From IMG/VR virus record IMGVR_UViG_3300005544_000021: a stretch of 64,000 bases of DNA. One strand, given 5' to 3'. This document shows, piece by piece, positions 17,936 to 27,247 of this stretch; position 1 is the first letter of the stretch; each line of letters opens with the position of its first letter. The translations under genes and the position numbers were made by a program. The stretch is from a virus. Its lineage: Duplodnaviria; Heunggongvirae; Uroviricota; Caudoviricetes. The notes beneath the pieces were generated by a model. The model was given only the letters and a program-made list of their open reading frames with translations, was not told the DNA's origin and made no database searches.

Positions 17936-18520
17936 TCATGTATGCCTCCTCATAAACTCTTCTTCTCCAAATTTCAACAATTCCCGAATTCTTTTTGCTA
18001 CGGCTTTTGGGTTTCTTCTCTTCTTCTCAAGATAATAATGCGGCAGAAACAAAAGTTCAGGAATCCGATAATGATCAAATTGATCAAAATCAAAAAATAC
18101 CTCGGCGGCTCTCATCTCAGTAAAATATCCATCTTTCGTTTTTAAACATATTTCGGCAATTCCATCATTATCAAGTTGAAGTTTTAAACCAGCCTTACGA
18201 AAAGATGGAATAGTCGTTGCCCAACCCATGGCACAACCAACAGTGCGACATTCTATAGGATTACAATTTTTATCAAAGGCTGGTAAATTTTCAGTCTTTT
18301 TTGCTAATTTTTGATACATTGAATCCCGCATCATGTCATAACTAGACATCCAAGTATTAAGATCAAATTTTCCTTTTTTCTGGAGTAAAGGATTGGTTTC
18401 CAGAAAATCTGCCAACTTTTCTAGTCGCTTACGGTTCATGATGATACGCTCCCGAAAAAATCCGGCTTGTTTAGGTTGATCTCCTAACAGGGTTTCAAAG
18501 GTTGGCTCTTTAACTACCAA
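17936..18520 (-). CDS. hypothetical protein, GCAxGWA-motif family, paralog 1
   Basis: Shares LEKLADFLET, C-x3-GCAMGWATT-P-FKK-GLKL and NPKAVAKRxR with 24936..25445. Confidence 0.35.
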   Translation of the reverse strand: MVVKEPTFETLLGDQPKQAGFFRERIIMNRKRLEKLADFLETNPLLQKKGKFDLNTWMSSYDMMRDSMYQKLAKKTENLPAFDKNCNPIECRTVGCAMGWATTIPSFRKAGLKLQLDNDGIAEICLKTKDGYFTEMRAAEVFFDFDQFDHYRIPELLFLPHYYLEKKRRNPKAVAKRIRELLKFGEEEFMRRHT

Positions 18521-18567
18521 CTCTGCTCATCAACAACCAACCAACAAGCCGGGTCTAGACCCTTCCT

Positions 18568-19584
18568 TTATACAGCATTCGCCCAATAAAGCAAGCTCGT
18601 TCCCATTTTTAGTTTACGATTTGTTGAGGTAGATTGGACAAAAATTTTCCAATTCCCATGATCCCCCGGCGCAACTTTAATAGAACCGAACTCAGGAAAC
18701 CCGAGCATTTTCCGAGCCGCAGAACCCCCATAAACCTTTCCGTTATTTTTGTCCTGGATTACAAGTTTCTTGTAATCTTGAATATCTCTCTCTGGTTTCG
18801 TAAGTTCATAAAAAGCACAACCCTTAATTAAGGGATGCTTCAAAGCATCAAACACAAAATCTCCAATTAACCAATCATGTTTTGTTGCTGAAACCGCCAA
18901 TATCTTTACTTCCGAGGATATATCCTTTAGATTTGCCTTGATTTCCTGGGGAGTAACTTTACTCATATCTGTATAAAAAGTTCTTGTGGAAGTAACACCC
19001 TTAGAACGCATGCCATAATAAGATGACAAACTTGCCGATGTTTGAAAAGATGTTTGAATTAAGCTTTCCTCATTTTGATCCCATTCAACAATATTTCCAC
19101 TAGGGATTCCTAGGGCAGTTAAATTACTCCCATAACCTCGGGGTACTCGGAACACAAAAGACCAACGATCTGTCTTTTGTAATTCTTGAATTTTTCCCTT
19201 TAGTTTTGTTTTCCATCTATAAGAAGCATTTTCCGCCCCATCAGTAATAACCATGATAAGAAAAGCAACATCAGACTTATTAGCGTCTGGAACATCTTCA
19301 AAAATTTCAATTAAGTCCCCAATCCCATCAAATAATGGAGTCATTCCCTCAGTACGATAATGATCCAGAGGTTTTAGGGTGTGAACATTAGAATTTACAA
19401 TTTCTCTTTCAATTCCCCTATTAACACCGCACAAAACGGTGCTAACAATTGTGTCCTGCTCATTTTTTATGGATTCTTCTTTGATGGTAGCAATGTTTTG
19501 ATTATAGTCTTTCAAGGCGGCGTGTCTTAAGCCTTGCATTGAACCGCTATGATCCCGACAGATTCCGACATATGTTTTTGTCAT
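18568..19584 (-). CDS. von Willebrand factor A domain protein with MIDAS motif
   Basis: VGICRDHSGSM (DxSxS), TPLF..G (Thr), ITDGAEN (D) form a complete MIDAS; about 150-aa C-terminal domain of unknown function. Confidence 0.55.
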   Translation of the reverse strand: MTKTYVGICRDHSGSMQGLRHAALKDYNQNIATIKEESIKNEQDTIVSTVLCGVNRGIEREIVNSNVHTLKPLDHYRTEGMTPLFDGIGDLIEIFEDVPDANKSDVAFLIMVITDGAENASYRWKTKLKGKIQELQKTDRWSFVFRVPRGYGSNLTALGIPSGNIVEWDQNEESLIQTSFQTSASLSSYYGMRSKGVTSTRTFYTDMSKVTPQEIKANLKDISSEVKILAVSATKHDWLIGDFVFDALKHPLIKGCAFYELTKPERDIQDYKKLVIQDKNNGKVYGGSAARKMLGFPEFGSIKVAPGDHGNWKIFVQSTSTNRKLKMGTSLLYWANAV

Positions 19585-19873
19585 GTTTCGTATTCTCCGT
19601 GTTTAGTGTTTTTAGTATTTTAGTATTTTTATGTAAAGTCAGATATGTCTTGACACCACATTTCTTTAATCAACCAATATGGATTATTTGGATAATTTTC
19701 TCTAAACCATTTATCTTTTTCAATATTGATACCATTTATAGCACATGTTTTTGCTTCATGATATAGAGCAATTGTTTCTTTCCGACAAACTTTTGGTTCC
19801 CCGATAAAACAAACAATAAAATATAATTCAAAAAGAATAGGAGTCTCCTTTCATATCAAACCTGACGAGATAT

Positions 19874-20386
19874 TTATCTTCCCTCTTCTCTGGTTACACT
19901 CTCGCTTACTTGTCTATTATCAACCCAACCAGAACCCTGTGCCCCCCCATGAATAGACACGGGAATTGTTTTATGAATTTGTTCTCGTATCATATTAGGG
20001 GCAAACACTCTGGTGAAACTATCCTTATAAGCATCCGCCACAGCCTTGTGTAATTCCGCTGCGGCGATTGCTTTTTCCGCTTCTTTTTCTCTCTTCAATA
20101 AAGCATCTTCTCGGGCTTTCCATTGAGCGAGATTTTCATTTAATTTTGATATCTCGGAGTTATCCTCTACATGCAGTTTTCTATAGATTTCAATTTGACT
20201 GAGTTGTTCCTCACAAAGTTTAGCTAATCTCTGGCCTCGTTCTTTAATTTCTACCAACCCCCGCATAGCATCAAGAGATAACGTTTTCTCCTCAACCAGA
20301 GCATTGATACTGGCTAGTAATTCTGTGTCTATTGCCATTTTACTTTGTCTCCGTATAAGCCGTGGCTCTTCTGTCCGCCGCATCAT
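19874..20386 (-). CDS. coiled-coil hypothetical protein
   Basis: Heptad-like E/K/L-rich sequence. Confidence 0.3.
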   Translation of the reverse strand: MMRRTEEPRLIRRQSKMAIDTELLASINALVEEKTLSLDAMRGLVEIKERGQRLAKLCEEQLSQIEIYRKLHVEDNSEISKLNENLAQWKAREDALLKREKEAEKAIAAAELHKAVADAYKDSFTRVFAPNMIREQIHKTIPVSIHGGAQGSGWVDNRQVSESVTREEGR

Positions 20387-20888
20387 TAAAATGTCTTTTT
20401 GCGATCATATCATATATTCTCGCAAATTTGCGTACTACAAAATCAACTACGTCCTGAATCAAGTCTGAGAATATATACCAAAACGCACTTGCCCACCAAA
20501 GTATAATCCAGGTAAAAAACTTATGTTTATTATTTAAGGCGAGAGGCAGATAATTTTCAATGAGAATATCCACAGTTCGATATTTTTTCTTATCTTCTTC
20601 AAATCTCACTCGCTCTTTAGCACAAAAACGATCCCATTTGAAAAAGCTCCAAATAATTCCCGCCACAACATAGAGGACAGCATAAATGATAATTACATAT
20701 GCATGAGATAACAAATAGTGGAAATCTAATTTTCCATAGTACCAACATCCTCCCAAAAATAAAACCCAAACTAAAGCTGCTATTTCTGGGGTTTCTTGTT
20801 CACTACAAATAATAGCAAGGATAAACAAAGCTAAAACTATCCCCCAGAAGAATAAGCCTAGGGTGCCAAGAAATGCAAAAAATTCCAT
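20340..20888 (-). CDS. polytopic membrane protein
   Basis: At least four hydrophobic helices. Confidence 0.35.
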   Translation of the reverse strand: MEFFAFLGTLGLFFWGIVLALFILAIICSEQETPEIAALVWVLFLGGCWYYGKLDFHYLLSHAYVIIIYAVLYVVAGIIWSFFKWDRFCAKERVRFEEDKKKYRTVDILIENYLPLALNNKHKFFTWIILWWASAFWYIFSDLIQDVVDFVVRKFARIYDMIAKRHFNDAADRRATAYTETK

Positions 20889-20903
20889 GTTATTTTCCTT
20901 TCA

Positions 20904-20978
20904 TGGCAGGAGAGTTGGGACTCGAACCCAATCTAAGAGTTTTGGAGGCTCTGGTGCTAACCCTTACACTACACTCCC
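20904..20978 (-). tRNA. tRNA-Trp (anticodon CCA)
   Basis: Minus-strand cloverleaf: acceptor GGGAGTG/CTCTCCT (one mismatch), D-stem GTGT/GCAC, anticodon loop CTCCAAA with U33, T-arm TTGGG-TTCGAGT-CCCAA, encoded CCA. Confidence 0.5.
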
Positions 20979-21509
20979 TTACACGTCAAAACTTTTCAGA
21001 ATTGAGAATAACTTTTTCATATTTATGAAGAACTCATCCAATTCAGCATCGCTACGTGGAATTTTATTATGGTGCGGTATTTGTAATACTATTTGCATTT
21101 TGGCTTCATTAATCGCCAATCCAAATATTGGTCTCCTTATTATTGCCTCTTGCATGTAAATATATGCAGCGAAGATGTCTAATTTTCGCAAGGCATCAAT
21201 CGCCAACATCTTATTCTTAATGTGTACATCTAACTTAGATGCTGTCATAGTTGTTGTTTTACGCACCTCAAACGAATTATATAAAACAGCTCCCGCCATA
21301 CATCCGGAGCAAAGGCATTTGGGAGCAATGGATTCTAACCAGAAATGCATGTTTATTTTAAACTCTGGATTCTTGCGGACTATATCCAAGTCCTCAATCG
21401 CAATCTTTAAGAGTTGCCAAAGCTTCGTGGTAATCAACACTTTCTCGGCCCGACTTCTAGTCGTCCAGTCAAACTGAATCATGTTCATGATATTACCCCA
21501 AGGTTCCAC
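20979..21509 (-). CDS. hypothetical protein
   Basis: ORF track 176 aa. Confidence 0.3.
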   Translation of the reverse strand: MEPWGNIMNMIQFDWTTRSRAEKVLITTKLWQLLKIAIEDLDIVRKNPEFKINMHFWLESIAPKCLCSGCMAGAVLYNSFEVRKTTTMTASKLDVHIKNKMLAIDALRKLDIFAAYIYMQEAIIRRPIFGLAINEAKMQIVLQIPHHNKIPRSDAELDEFFINMKKLFSILKSFDV

Positions 21510-21636
21510 TTCTGTTCCTCATACAACCCAATCCTACAGGTTCAGCTTTAGCTTGGCAAGGAAAAAAGTTAACCGAATGGAACAAAAATAGAACTACAAA
21601 TTGGATCACAAGTTCGTGAACAAGAATGATTTAGGA

Positions 21637-21665
21637 TTGACATAAGAGAATGCAAACTCTATATT
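21637..21665 (+). promoter_or_regulatory. sigma70-like promoter (TTGACA-17-TATATT) for the plus-strand island
   Basis: Consensus -35 and near-consensus -10 with 17-nt spacer, about 45 nt upstream of the ATG at 21710, in a divergent intergenic region. Confidence 0.45.
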
Positions 21666-21709
21666 ACAAACAAGGACGAAAAATCCTTGCCAAACCATAG
21701 GGGACTATC

Positions 21710-23221
21710 ATGGTAAAGTTCTCTCCACAACAGCAAGCCTTTCTTGACTGGTATTCAAATAGTCAAGGGTCATGTGTCCTTGAAGCCAGGGCAGGAACTG
21801 GCAAATCCTTTACCCTTAAGGCGGCGGCAATTTCTAACCCTAAAGTACGGGTTGCGATAATTGCTTACAATAGTACCATTGCCGCCGAGATGAAGGAAAA
21901 AGTTAAAGATTATTCACATATCCATGCGGGAACGGTCCATTCGTTTGGTCTTTCTGCTTATCGTAAAGTCCACAAATATGCCAAAGTTGATAAGTTTAAG
22001 GTTCTCAATATCATTGACAATCTTGTTCCTTCCGACTTCTTTTGGAAGCAAACAATCAACAAATTAGTAAGCATGGCCAAACAGCATGCTCTTGGTATCA
22101 TCGGCAAAATAGAGGATGATCATGAATGGTGGGCTTTGGCCGATCATTATGATATTTTCCGGCAAGCCGAAGAAAAGGGTAAGGCCATGCCGACCGAAGA
22201 AATTATCATGTATGCCAAACAGGCCATCGTAGCTTCTACCAAGCAATTTGATATCATTGACTTTGATGATATGCATTATATGCCCCTCTTTTATTCCATG
22301 CCTTTCTGGACCTACGATGTGGTCATGGTTGATGAAGCTCAAGACACGAATCAGGTTCGCCGTATGGCTGCAAATGCCATGCTTAAGAAGGGGGGTCGCC
22401 TGATTGCCGTGGGTGATAGGTTCCAAGCCATCTATGGTTTCACGGGAGCCGATAGTGATAGCCTAGATAAAATAGCGGCGGATTTTTCGGCGGTTAGGTT
22501 CCCCCTGACAGTAACCTATCGCTGTCCCAAGGCTGTTATCAAATATGCTCAACAATGGGTGCCGGATATTGAAGCCCTCCCGAATGCCGAGGAAGGCAAG
22601 ATTTCCGACTCCACGATGGAAGAGTTCCTAAAGCTTGGAAGCCAACTTAATGGTAATGCAGCGGTTCTCTGCCGTGTTACCAAGCCGCTAGTGGCTCTTG
22701 CGTTCTCTTGCATCCGTAATCGCATCCCCTGCAAAATTGAAGGCCGTAAGGATGTAGGGGAAGGATTGAAGCAATTGGCCAACAAGTGGAAATCCATTAA
22801 GTCTCTGGACAAGCTCCGGGATAAGCTGGACACATATTTTGACAAGGAGAAAACCAAGCTTCTGGCCAAGAAGCGTGAAGCCCAGGTTGCGGCCCTGGAG
22901 GATAAGGTTGAAACCCTCAAAGTGATTATTGACCAGTGCGAACTTGAAGGCAAATCCCAAGTAGCCGACGTCCATGCCTATATTGACTCGCTCTTTGCCG
23001 AAGACGTGTATAAGATGGGAATCCTGGTTCTCAGCACCATTCACAAGAGCAAGGGACGGGAGTGGGAGCGGGTATACTGGCTTGATAAGGATGGCACGTG
23101 CCCGAATAAATGGGCTCGGCAACAATGGCAGAAGGATCAAGAAATCAACCTGATGTATGTGGCCGCAACTCGGGCCATGAAGGAACTGATTCACCTAGAA
23201 CCCGAAATCAAAAAGGAGTAA
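21710..23221 (+). CDS. UvrD/PcrA-like SF1 DNA helicase
   Basis: Motif I ARAGTGKSFT, motif II VVMVDEAQDTNQ, motif VI-like LMYVAATRAM and TIHKSKGREWERV. Confidence 0.7.
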   Translation: MVKFSPQQQAFLDWYSNSQGSCVLEARAGTGKSFTLKAAAISNPKVRVAIIAYNSTIAAEMKEKVKDYSHIHAGTVHSFGLSAYRKVHKYAKVDKFKVLNIIDNLVPSDFFWKQTINKLVSMAKQHALGIIGKIEDDHEWWALADHYDIFRQAEEKGKAMPTEEIIMYAKQAIVASTKQFDIIDFDDMHYMPLFYSMPFWTYDVVMVDEAQDTNQVRRMAANAMLKKGGRLIAVGDRFQAIYGFTGADSDSLDKIAADFSAVRFPLTVTYRCPKAVIKYAQQWVPDIEALPNAEEGKISDSTMEEFLKLGSQLNGNAAVLCRVTKPLVALAFSCIRNRIPCKIEGRKDVGEGLKQLANKWKSIKSLDKLRDKLDTYFDKEKTKLLAKKREAQVAALEDKVETLKVIIDQCELEGKSQVADVHAYIDSLFAEDVYKMGILVLSTIHKSKGREWERVYWLDKDGTCPNKWARQQWQKDQEINLMYVAATRAMKELIHLEPEIKKE

Positions 23222-23227
23222 TGTATC

Positions 23228-23407
23228 ATGTCTGATCGAATCATGATTTCTATTTTAATCGGAGGCGGTATACTATTCTTCATTGTTATGATAAGTATAT
23301 TTTCGGACCAAAACGCCAAATGTGAGGCGAAAGGTGGAGAAATGCACCGAGGTCAAGGCATCGTTTTATGTCTACCAAAAGGGACAGCGATTAATCTCAA
23401 AAACTAA
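23228..23407 (+). CDS. 59-aa single-pass membrane protein
   Basis: MSDRIMISILIGGGILFFIVMISIF...; overlaps the helicase stop. Confidence 0.25.
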   Translation: MSDRIMISILIGGGILFFIVMISIFSDQNAKCEAKGGEMHRGQGIVLCLPKGTAINLKN

Positions 23408-23510
23408 AAGAAATTTGGGAAGGGTCAGAAAAGGAGGTTGCCAACTTAGGAAAAATAGAGTAAGGCGAAATGGCAAGTCAACTAAACCCTAGAAAAGCGA
23501 GGACTAAGTT

Positions 23511-23975
23511 ATGCCGACGAATCTTAGAAAAGAGACTATGTACCAGCAGCTTGTGCGAGGCATTCAAGACGAGTTTGCCAGTCAGTGGATACACGATGGT
23601 CTCAAGGTCAAGACCATGGTTGAACGCACGGGACTGGCAGCACAGACTGTCAAACGAAACCTTAACCATGAGTGCCGGTTCCCTTGGATGCAAACCATTC
23701 TAGCTTTGTCTGATGGTCTGGGAGCGGAAATTATCATCAAGGGTAGCAAGGTCACAATCAACGGTCGGGTTGCCAAGCTCCGTAAGGCAGGGGTGAGGCC
23801 AACGATCATCAAGGTTGATGGTAAGCCCGTGTTCAAGGTCTACACCAATAAGGGGAAGATCAAGCCTGCCAAGGCCGCTAAAATGATCAATCCTCAGGAT
23901 GCAAACCAGACGTGGGCAGGAAGGGGACGGAAGCCTAACTGGCTGTTAGCCTTGGAAGCTAAGAAGTCTGCCTAA
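23511..23975 (+). CDS. H-NS-like DNA-binding protein (HTH N-terminal region, H-NS-type C-terminal motif)
   Basis: C-terminus KPAKAAKMINPQDANQTWAGRGRKPNWL matches the H-NS family DNA-binding signature (PAKY.Y.D.NGET.TWTGQGRTP); HTH-like segment KTMVERTGLAAQTVKRNL. Confidence 0.5.
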   Translation: MPTNLRKETMYQQLVRGIQDEFASQWIHDGLKVKTMVERTGLAAQTVKRNLNHECRFPWMQTILALSDGLGAEIIIKGSKVTINGRVAKLRKAGVRPTIIKVDGKPVFKVYTNKGKIKPAKAAKMINPQDANQTWAGRGRKPNWLLALEAKKSA

Positions 23976-23982
23976 AAAGACA

Positions 23983-24019
23983 AGCGGGGTTAGACTGGAG
24001 GATTTGGTCTAACCCCGCT
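23983..24019. terminator. bidirectional stem-loop terminator
   Basis: Perfect 13-bp inverted repeat AGCGGGGTTAGAC / GTCTAACCCCGCT with an 11-nt loop, between convergent genes. Confidence 0.45.
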
Positions 24020-24060
24020 CTGCTTTGGCCAGTTCAAGCCAACGCCCTAGAAAAGAATGT

Positions 24061-24414
24061 CTAGATGGTGTTGGGTTTGTTGTCAACCACGACTTTTTGG
24101 GGTTCTTGAACTACCTTATTAAAATTTAGTGTCGCCAACCCAACGAGAAGTTCAGTTACAAGATTCATGGGAAACTTTGGAGATGTATCAACGGACATTG
24201 ACGACTTAAAGGAAAATTCGTTTTCCACAAATGCAATCTCCATGATTTGTTCCCCCATCCCCGTTATTGTAACAGTGATGAGATAATTATTATCGTTTTG
24301 AGGAACTATCGTACACATGGCTTGTGTCAGAGGAATTTCCTCTATATTTGCCACGACAAACTTCCGCAAGCTCTTTTCAAAGTTGTCTATTAGAGATTTC
24401 AGACTTGTCGCCAT
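24061..24414 (-). CDS. hypothetical protein
   Basis: ORF track 117 aa. Confidence 0.3.
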   Translation of the reverse strand: MATSLKSLIDNFEKSLRKFVVANIEEIPLTQAMCTIVPQNDNNYLITVTITGMGEQIMEIAFVENEFSFKSSMSVDTSPKFPMNLVTELLVGLATLNFNKVVQEPQKVVVDNKPNTI

Positions 24415-24435
24415 GGTATTCTTTCTCCTTGTGTT

Positions 24436-24933
24436 TTAGTCGCAGTCTTCGGAATTAATAATTATTGGCTCGTCAAACCATTCATATTTAATTTCAGTTC
24501 TGGTTGTGGGAAATTCCTTAGTTGTCCGAGTACAATACTTCGTACCCTCATACGGAATACAAAGATATAACACAACGGAACGTCTATCTAGTAAATGCCA
24601 AACAATAGTAAGATAAGAATCATGTGAACCTCGGGCTGGTATACCGTCCCGATGTAATTGTTTCTCTAGGAGAACTTTGCCGATACTCTCAATCAAAGGT
24701 TCAAAATCCCTTTTGTGGTTATCGTACATTAAGTGAATTAATGATTCAATTCTTTTTCCAGCAATATCAATACTAGTTTCATTATCAAGATTTGCCGCAA
24801 CAAAACAGTCCTTAACTAAATTATATGGTTGCTGCATGGTCTCAATATCTTGAATAATCTTTTGATATTCAGAAACCTTCTTCTCAAATATATCAATAAA
24901 CAATTCATAGCGGTGTGCTGGCACTGGGGGCAT
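24436..24933 (-). CDS. hypothetical protein
   Basis: ORF track 165 aa. Confidence 0.3.
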   Translation of the reverse strand: MPPVPAHRYELFIDIFEKKVSEYQKIIQDIETMQQPYNLVKDCFVAANLDNETSIDIAGKRIESLIHLMYDNHKRDFEPLIESIGKVLLEKQLHRDGIPARGSHDSYLTIVWHLLDRRSVVLYLCIPYEGTKYCTRTTKEFPTTRTEIKYEWFDEPIIINSEDCD

Positions 24934-24935
24934 GA

Positions 24936-25445
24936 TTATTTCTCCTGATCGTTTACGAAAGTTCTCAGTCGCTTGGCTACAGCCTTCGGTGTGTTTCTTG
25001 TGCGGTGACAGGTAAATAAAAATTCGGCGCTGGACATACTAATACCAAAAAGTTTTTCCGCTACTTCAAACCCAGAATATACACTTCCGTCTTTAGTGAT
25101 TATCGTTGGAAGTGCCAACGGCCGATCACTCTCTCCTACTAACTTTAAACCTCGCTTTTTGAATTCAGGCATTGTAGCAGCCCAACCCAAAGCACAACCC
25201 GCAGTTTTACAATGTAAAGGTTCTACAACAACAGCATCCTGATAAGTTCCATAATAATGCAAATGATTTGGCAATGTTTTAATTACCTTAAAATCCTCTG
25301 ATTTTAATTTCTTAGAATACATCCACCCCGCCATGTCAAATTTCTTACTGGGTATAGTTTCCAGGAAGTCTGCCAGTTTCAACATTAATTCTTTCTGGTT
25401 CTTGTTCATGTAAAGCCCTCCAAGGATGACATCACAAGACACCAT
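24936..25445 (-). CDS. hypothetical protein, GCAxGWA-motif family, paralog 2
   Basis: LKLADFLETIP, CKTAGCALGWAATMPEFKKRGLKL, NTPKAVAKRLR; paralog of 17936..18520. Confidence 0.35.
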   Translation of the reverse strand: MVSCDVILGGLYMNKNQKELMLKLADFLETIPSKKFDMAGWMYSKKLKSEDFKVIKTLPNHLHYYGTYQDAVVVEPLHCKTAGCALGWAATMPEFKKRGLKLVGESDRPLALPTIITKDGSVYSGFEVAEKLFGISMSSAEFLFTCHRTRNTPKAVAKRLRTFVNDQEK

Positions 25446-25842
25446 AGCCTCCTGTCTCTAGGGTGTACACAACTTTCTTAATTCCGAATGTAGATATTGC
25501 CCGAGCACAACCCGAACATGGTTTAGCTAATCCTGGAATAAAAAATTCCTTATATTGAGATTTGTATTTTACCCGAGAAACATATAAAGTTGATTTTGAT
25601 ATTTCTTCAGCATTGATTACTCGCAAGGCATTTCTAATGGCCGAAGTTTCGGCATGAAGAAAAATAGAATCCTCATTCTTTCCAAACTTCTTTTGAAAAG
25701 GCGAGGACTTGCGGGAATTTATTCCCAGGGAAACAATTTCCTTTTTGTAAACAAGGGCGGCAGCTAAACGTGCGTTAGCAACGGGAGGAACATCACATGC
25801 TAGTTTGTTGAGAAGAATTAAATACTTCTGGTGCGGGTCCAC
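25432..25842 (-). CDS. cd: dCMP/cytidine deaminase-family zinc enzyme
   Basis: HAETSAI (H-A-E) and PCSGCARAI (PCxxC) zinc-binding motifs. Confidence 0.65.
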   Translation of the reverse strand: MDPHQKYLILLNKLACDVPPVANARLAAALVYKKEIVSLGINSRKSSPFQKKFGKNEDSIFLHAETSAIRNALRVINAEEISKSTLYVSRVKYKSQYKEFFIPGLAKPCSGCARAISTFGIKKVVYTLETGGYGVL

Positions 25843-25859
25843 ATAATATATCCATGTTA

Positions 25860-26444
25860 TTATTCATACAAACCAGATGAGGTAATTAGGGTAACTCTTT
25901 TTTCTTGTGTTTGTTCTTGCGGCTGTACTTTTTCTTGCTCTTGACTATTTTCGGTTTGAACGGGCTGTCCTTCTTGAACAACTCCAGGGCTCGTCTCTTG
26001 AATATTCTCTTTCTGCTTTTCATTTTCTAACACCGCCAACACTTCTTTCAATTTCATAGTTCTACCATCAGGATGTTTTAAATGCGGAACTCCTTTTGGC
26101 CATCCTCCCGCAGGCTTCCTTGCTTTTAATGTAGCTAGTTTTAAATCAGATGGTAAACGAATAACTCCAGCTTCTACTTCCTTTGTTACTTTCTTCAAAC
26201 TAGCATTATGAAGGTCAACCAAATGACGCCCAATCATTTGTTCTATTTCCCCTTTATAATCAGGACCAAACCACCTTTGCATATTGGCAAGACGATATCC
26301 TGCCCGAGGCTTATCATCATAGGGGCTGGTTGAAATATAAGCTTCATAATGAACTGAGGGAATTAAATCATCATTCAATACCGTTCTTGTCCTTTCAATT
26401 AAATACCACTCACTGTCCATCATACTTTCTATCCAATTTTTCAT
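25860..26444 (-). CDS. hypothetical protein with Q/E-rich low-complexity tail
   Basis: ORF track 194 aa. Confidence 0.3.
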   Translation of the reverse strand: MKNWIESMMDSEWYLIERTRTVLNDDLIPSVHYEAYISTSPYDDKPRAGYRLANMQRWFGPDYKGEIEQMIGRHLVDLHNASLKKVTKEVEAGVIRLPSDLKLATLKARKPAGGWPKGVPHLKHPDGRTMKLKEVLAVLENEKQKENIQETSPGVVQEGQPVQTENSQEQEKVQPQEQTQEKRVTLITSSGLYE

Positions 26445-26445
26445 A

Positions 26446-26850
26446 TTATTTTTTCACTCCGATTTGATATTTAGATTCCAAGGTCCAGTTCGGCTTATCT
26501 TTGAAGGATATTACCTTAATGTTTGATAAGGTAGTTTTTGGTTCCTTTACTTTCTCGGGATCAACAATATTAAGAAGTTTCCACTCCTCAAGCAAAGAAG
26601 TTATAGTGTTACGTCGGGCTTTATCTTCCTCGGAAAAATTTGTTTCCTTGCCATCCAAGGCAAATAATTCTTTGAAATGGAGTAGGCTATATTTACCCTG
26701 CTTGTGTAATATATGAACAGACTGATAAATAGTTTTGGTTTTCTTGGAGGCTATCCCTATTCTTGTGAGGGTTTCTTTTATCTTGAGAAAATCATTTGGG
26801 TCTTTTAATGTTATTTCAACCCCAAAACCCTTAAATAAATCATTTGTCAC
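26446..26850 (-). CDS. regA: RegA translational repressor
   Basis: Near-colinear similarity to T4 RegA (EITLKDPNDFLKIKETLTRIGIA...YQSVHILHKQGKYSLLHFKE...VISFKDKPNW). Confidence 0.8.
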   Translation of the reverse strand: MTNDLFKGFGVEITLKDPNDFLKIKETLTRIGIASKKTKTIYQSVHILHKQGKYSLLHFKELFALDGKETNFSEEDKARRNTITSLLEEWKLLNIVDPEKVKEPKTTLSNIKVISFKDKPNWTLESKYQIGVKK

Positions 26851-27247
26851 TTTTCAATCCACCTTTTTTATATCTTATAGCATTTAATTCTTCCTTACTA
26901 AGGATTGATAAGGCGGATCGGGCTTTTTGTATATTGTAGTTGAAGTGTTCCTGAACCATCCTTAAATCGTCGGGCTCTGATTTAGTATTAGAGCGACGCA
27001 CAAACTTAGTAAAGCGTTTAGCTTTCTTAACTTTATTTAGGAGATAGAAGTATTGATGGGATTTAGAAAGGCCAGAATACTTATCCATTTTGAATGCATG
27101 AATAAGGGTATCTAAATGATAAGATAAAGACCTATTAATAAAGAATGGATTGTAATCTTTTTCTAATTCAGGATCATCAATTAATTTATCATTCTTTAAG
27201 TTATTGATTGAATTGATAAAACGCCACTTATCATCCTCGGTTGACAT
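26840..27247 (-). CDS. 62: probable clamp-loader small subunit (gp62 position)
   Basis: Synteny between gp44 and regA, as in T4 (45-44-62-regA-43); no strong motif. Confidence 0.4.
   Translation of the reverse strand: MSTEDDKWRFINSINNLKNDKLIDDPELEKDYNPFFINRSLSYHLDTLIHAFKMDKYSGLSKSHQYFYLLNKVKKAKRFTKFVRRSNTKSEPDDLRMVQEHFNYNIQKARSALSILSKEELNAIRYKKGGLKSDK

Noticed and set aside
22064-23194. Three long minus-strand ORFs (120, 134, 168 aa) within the UvrD-like gene
   Set aside because: Antisense to a gene with clear helicase motifs; elevated GC in this island suppresses stop codons on the opposite strand.
23470-23836. ORFs 23470..23703 (plus), 23478..23693 (minus), 23582..23836 (minus)
   Set aside because: Overlap the H-NS-like gene, whose frame carries a recognisable C-terminal DNA-binding signature; the others lack motifs.
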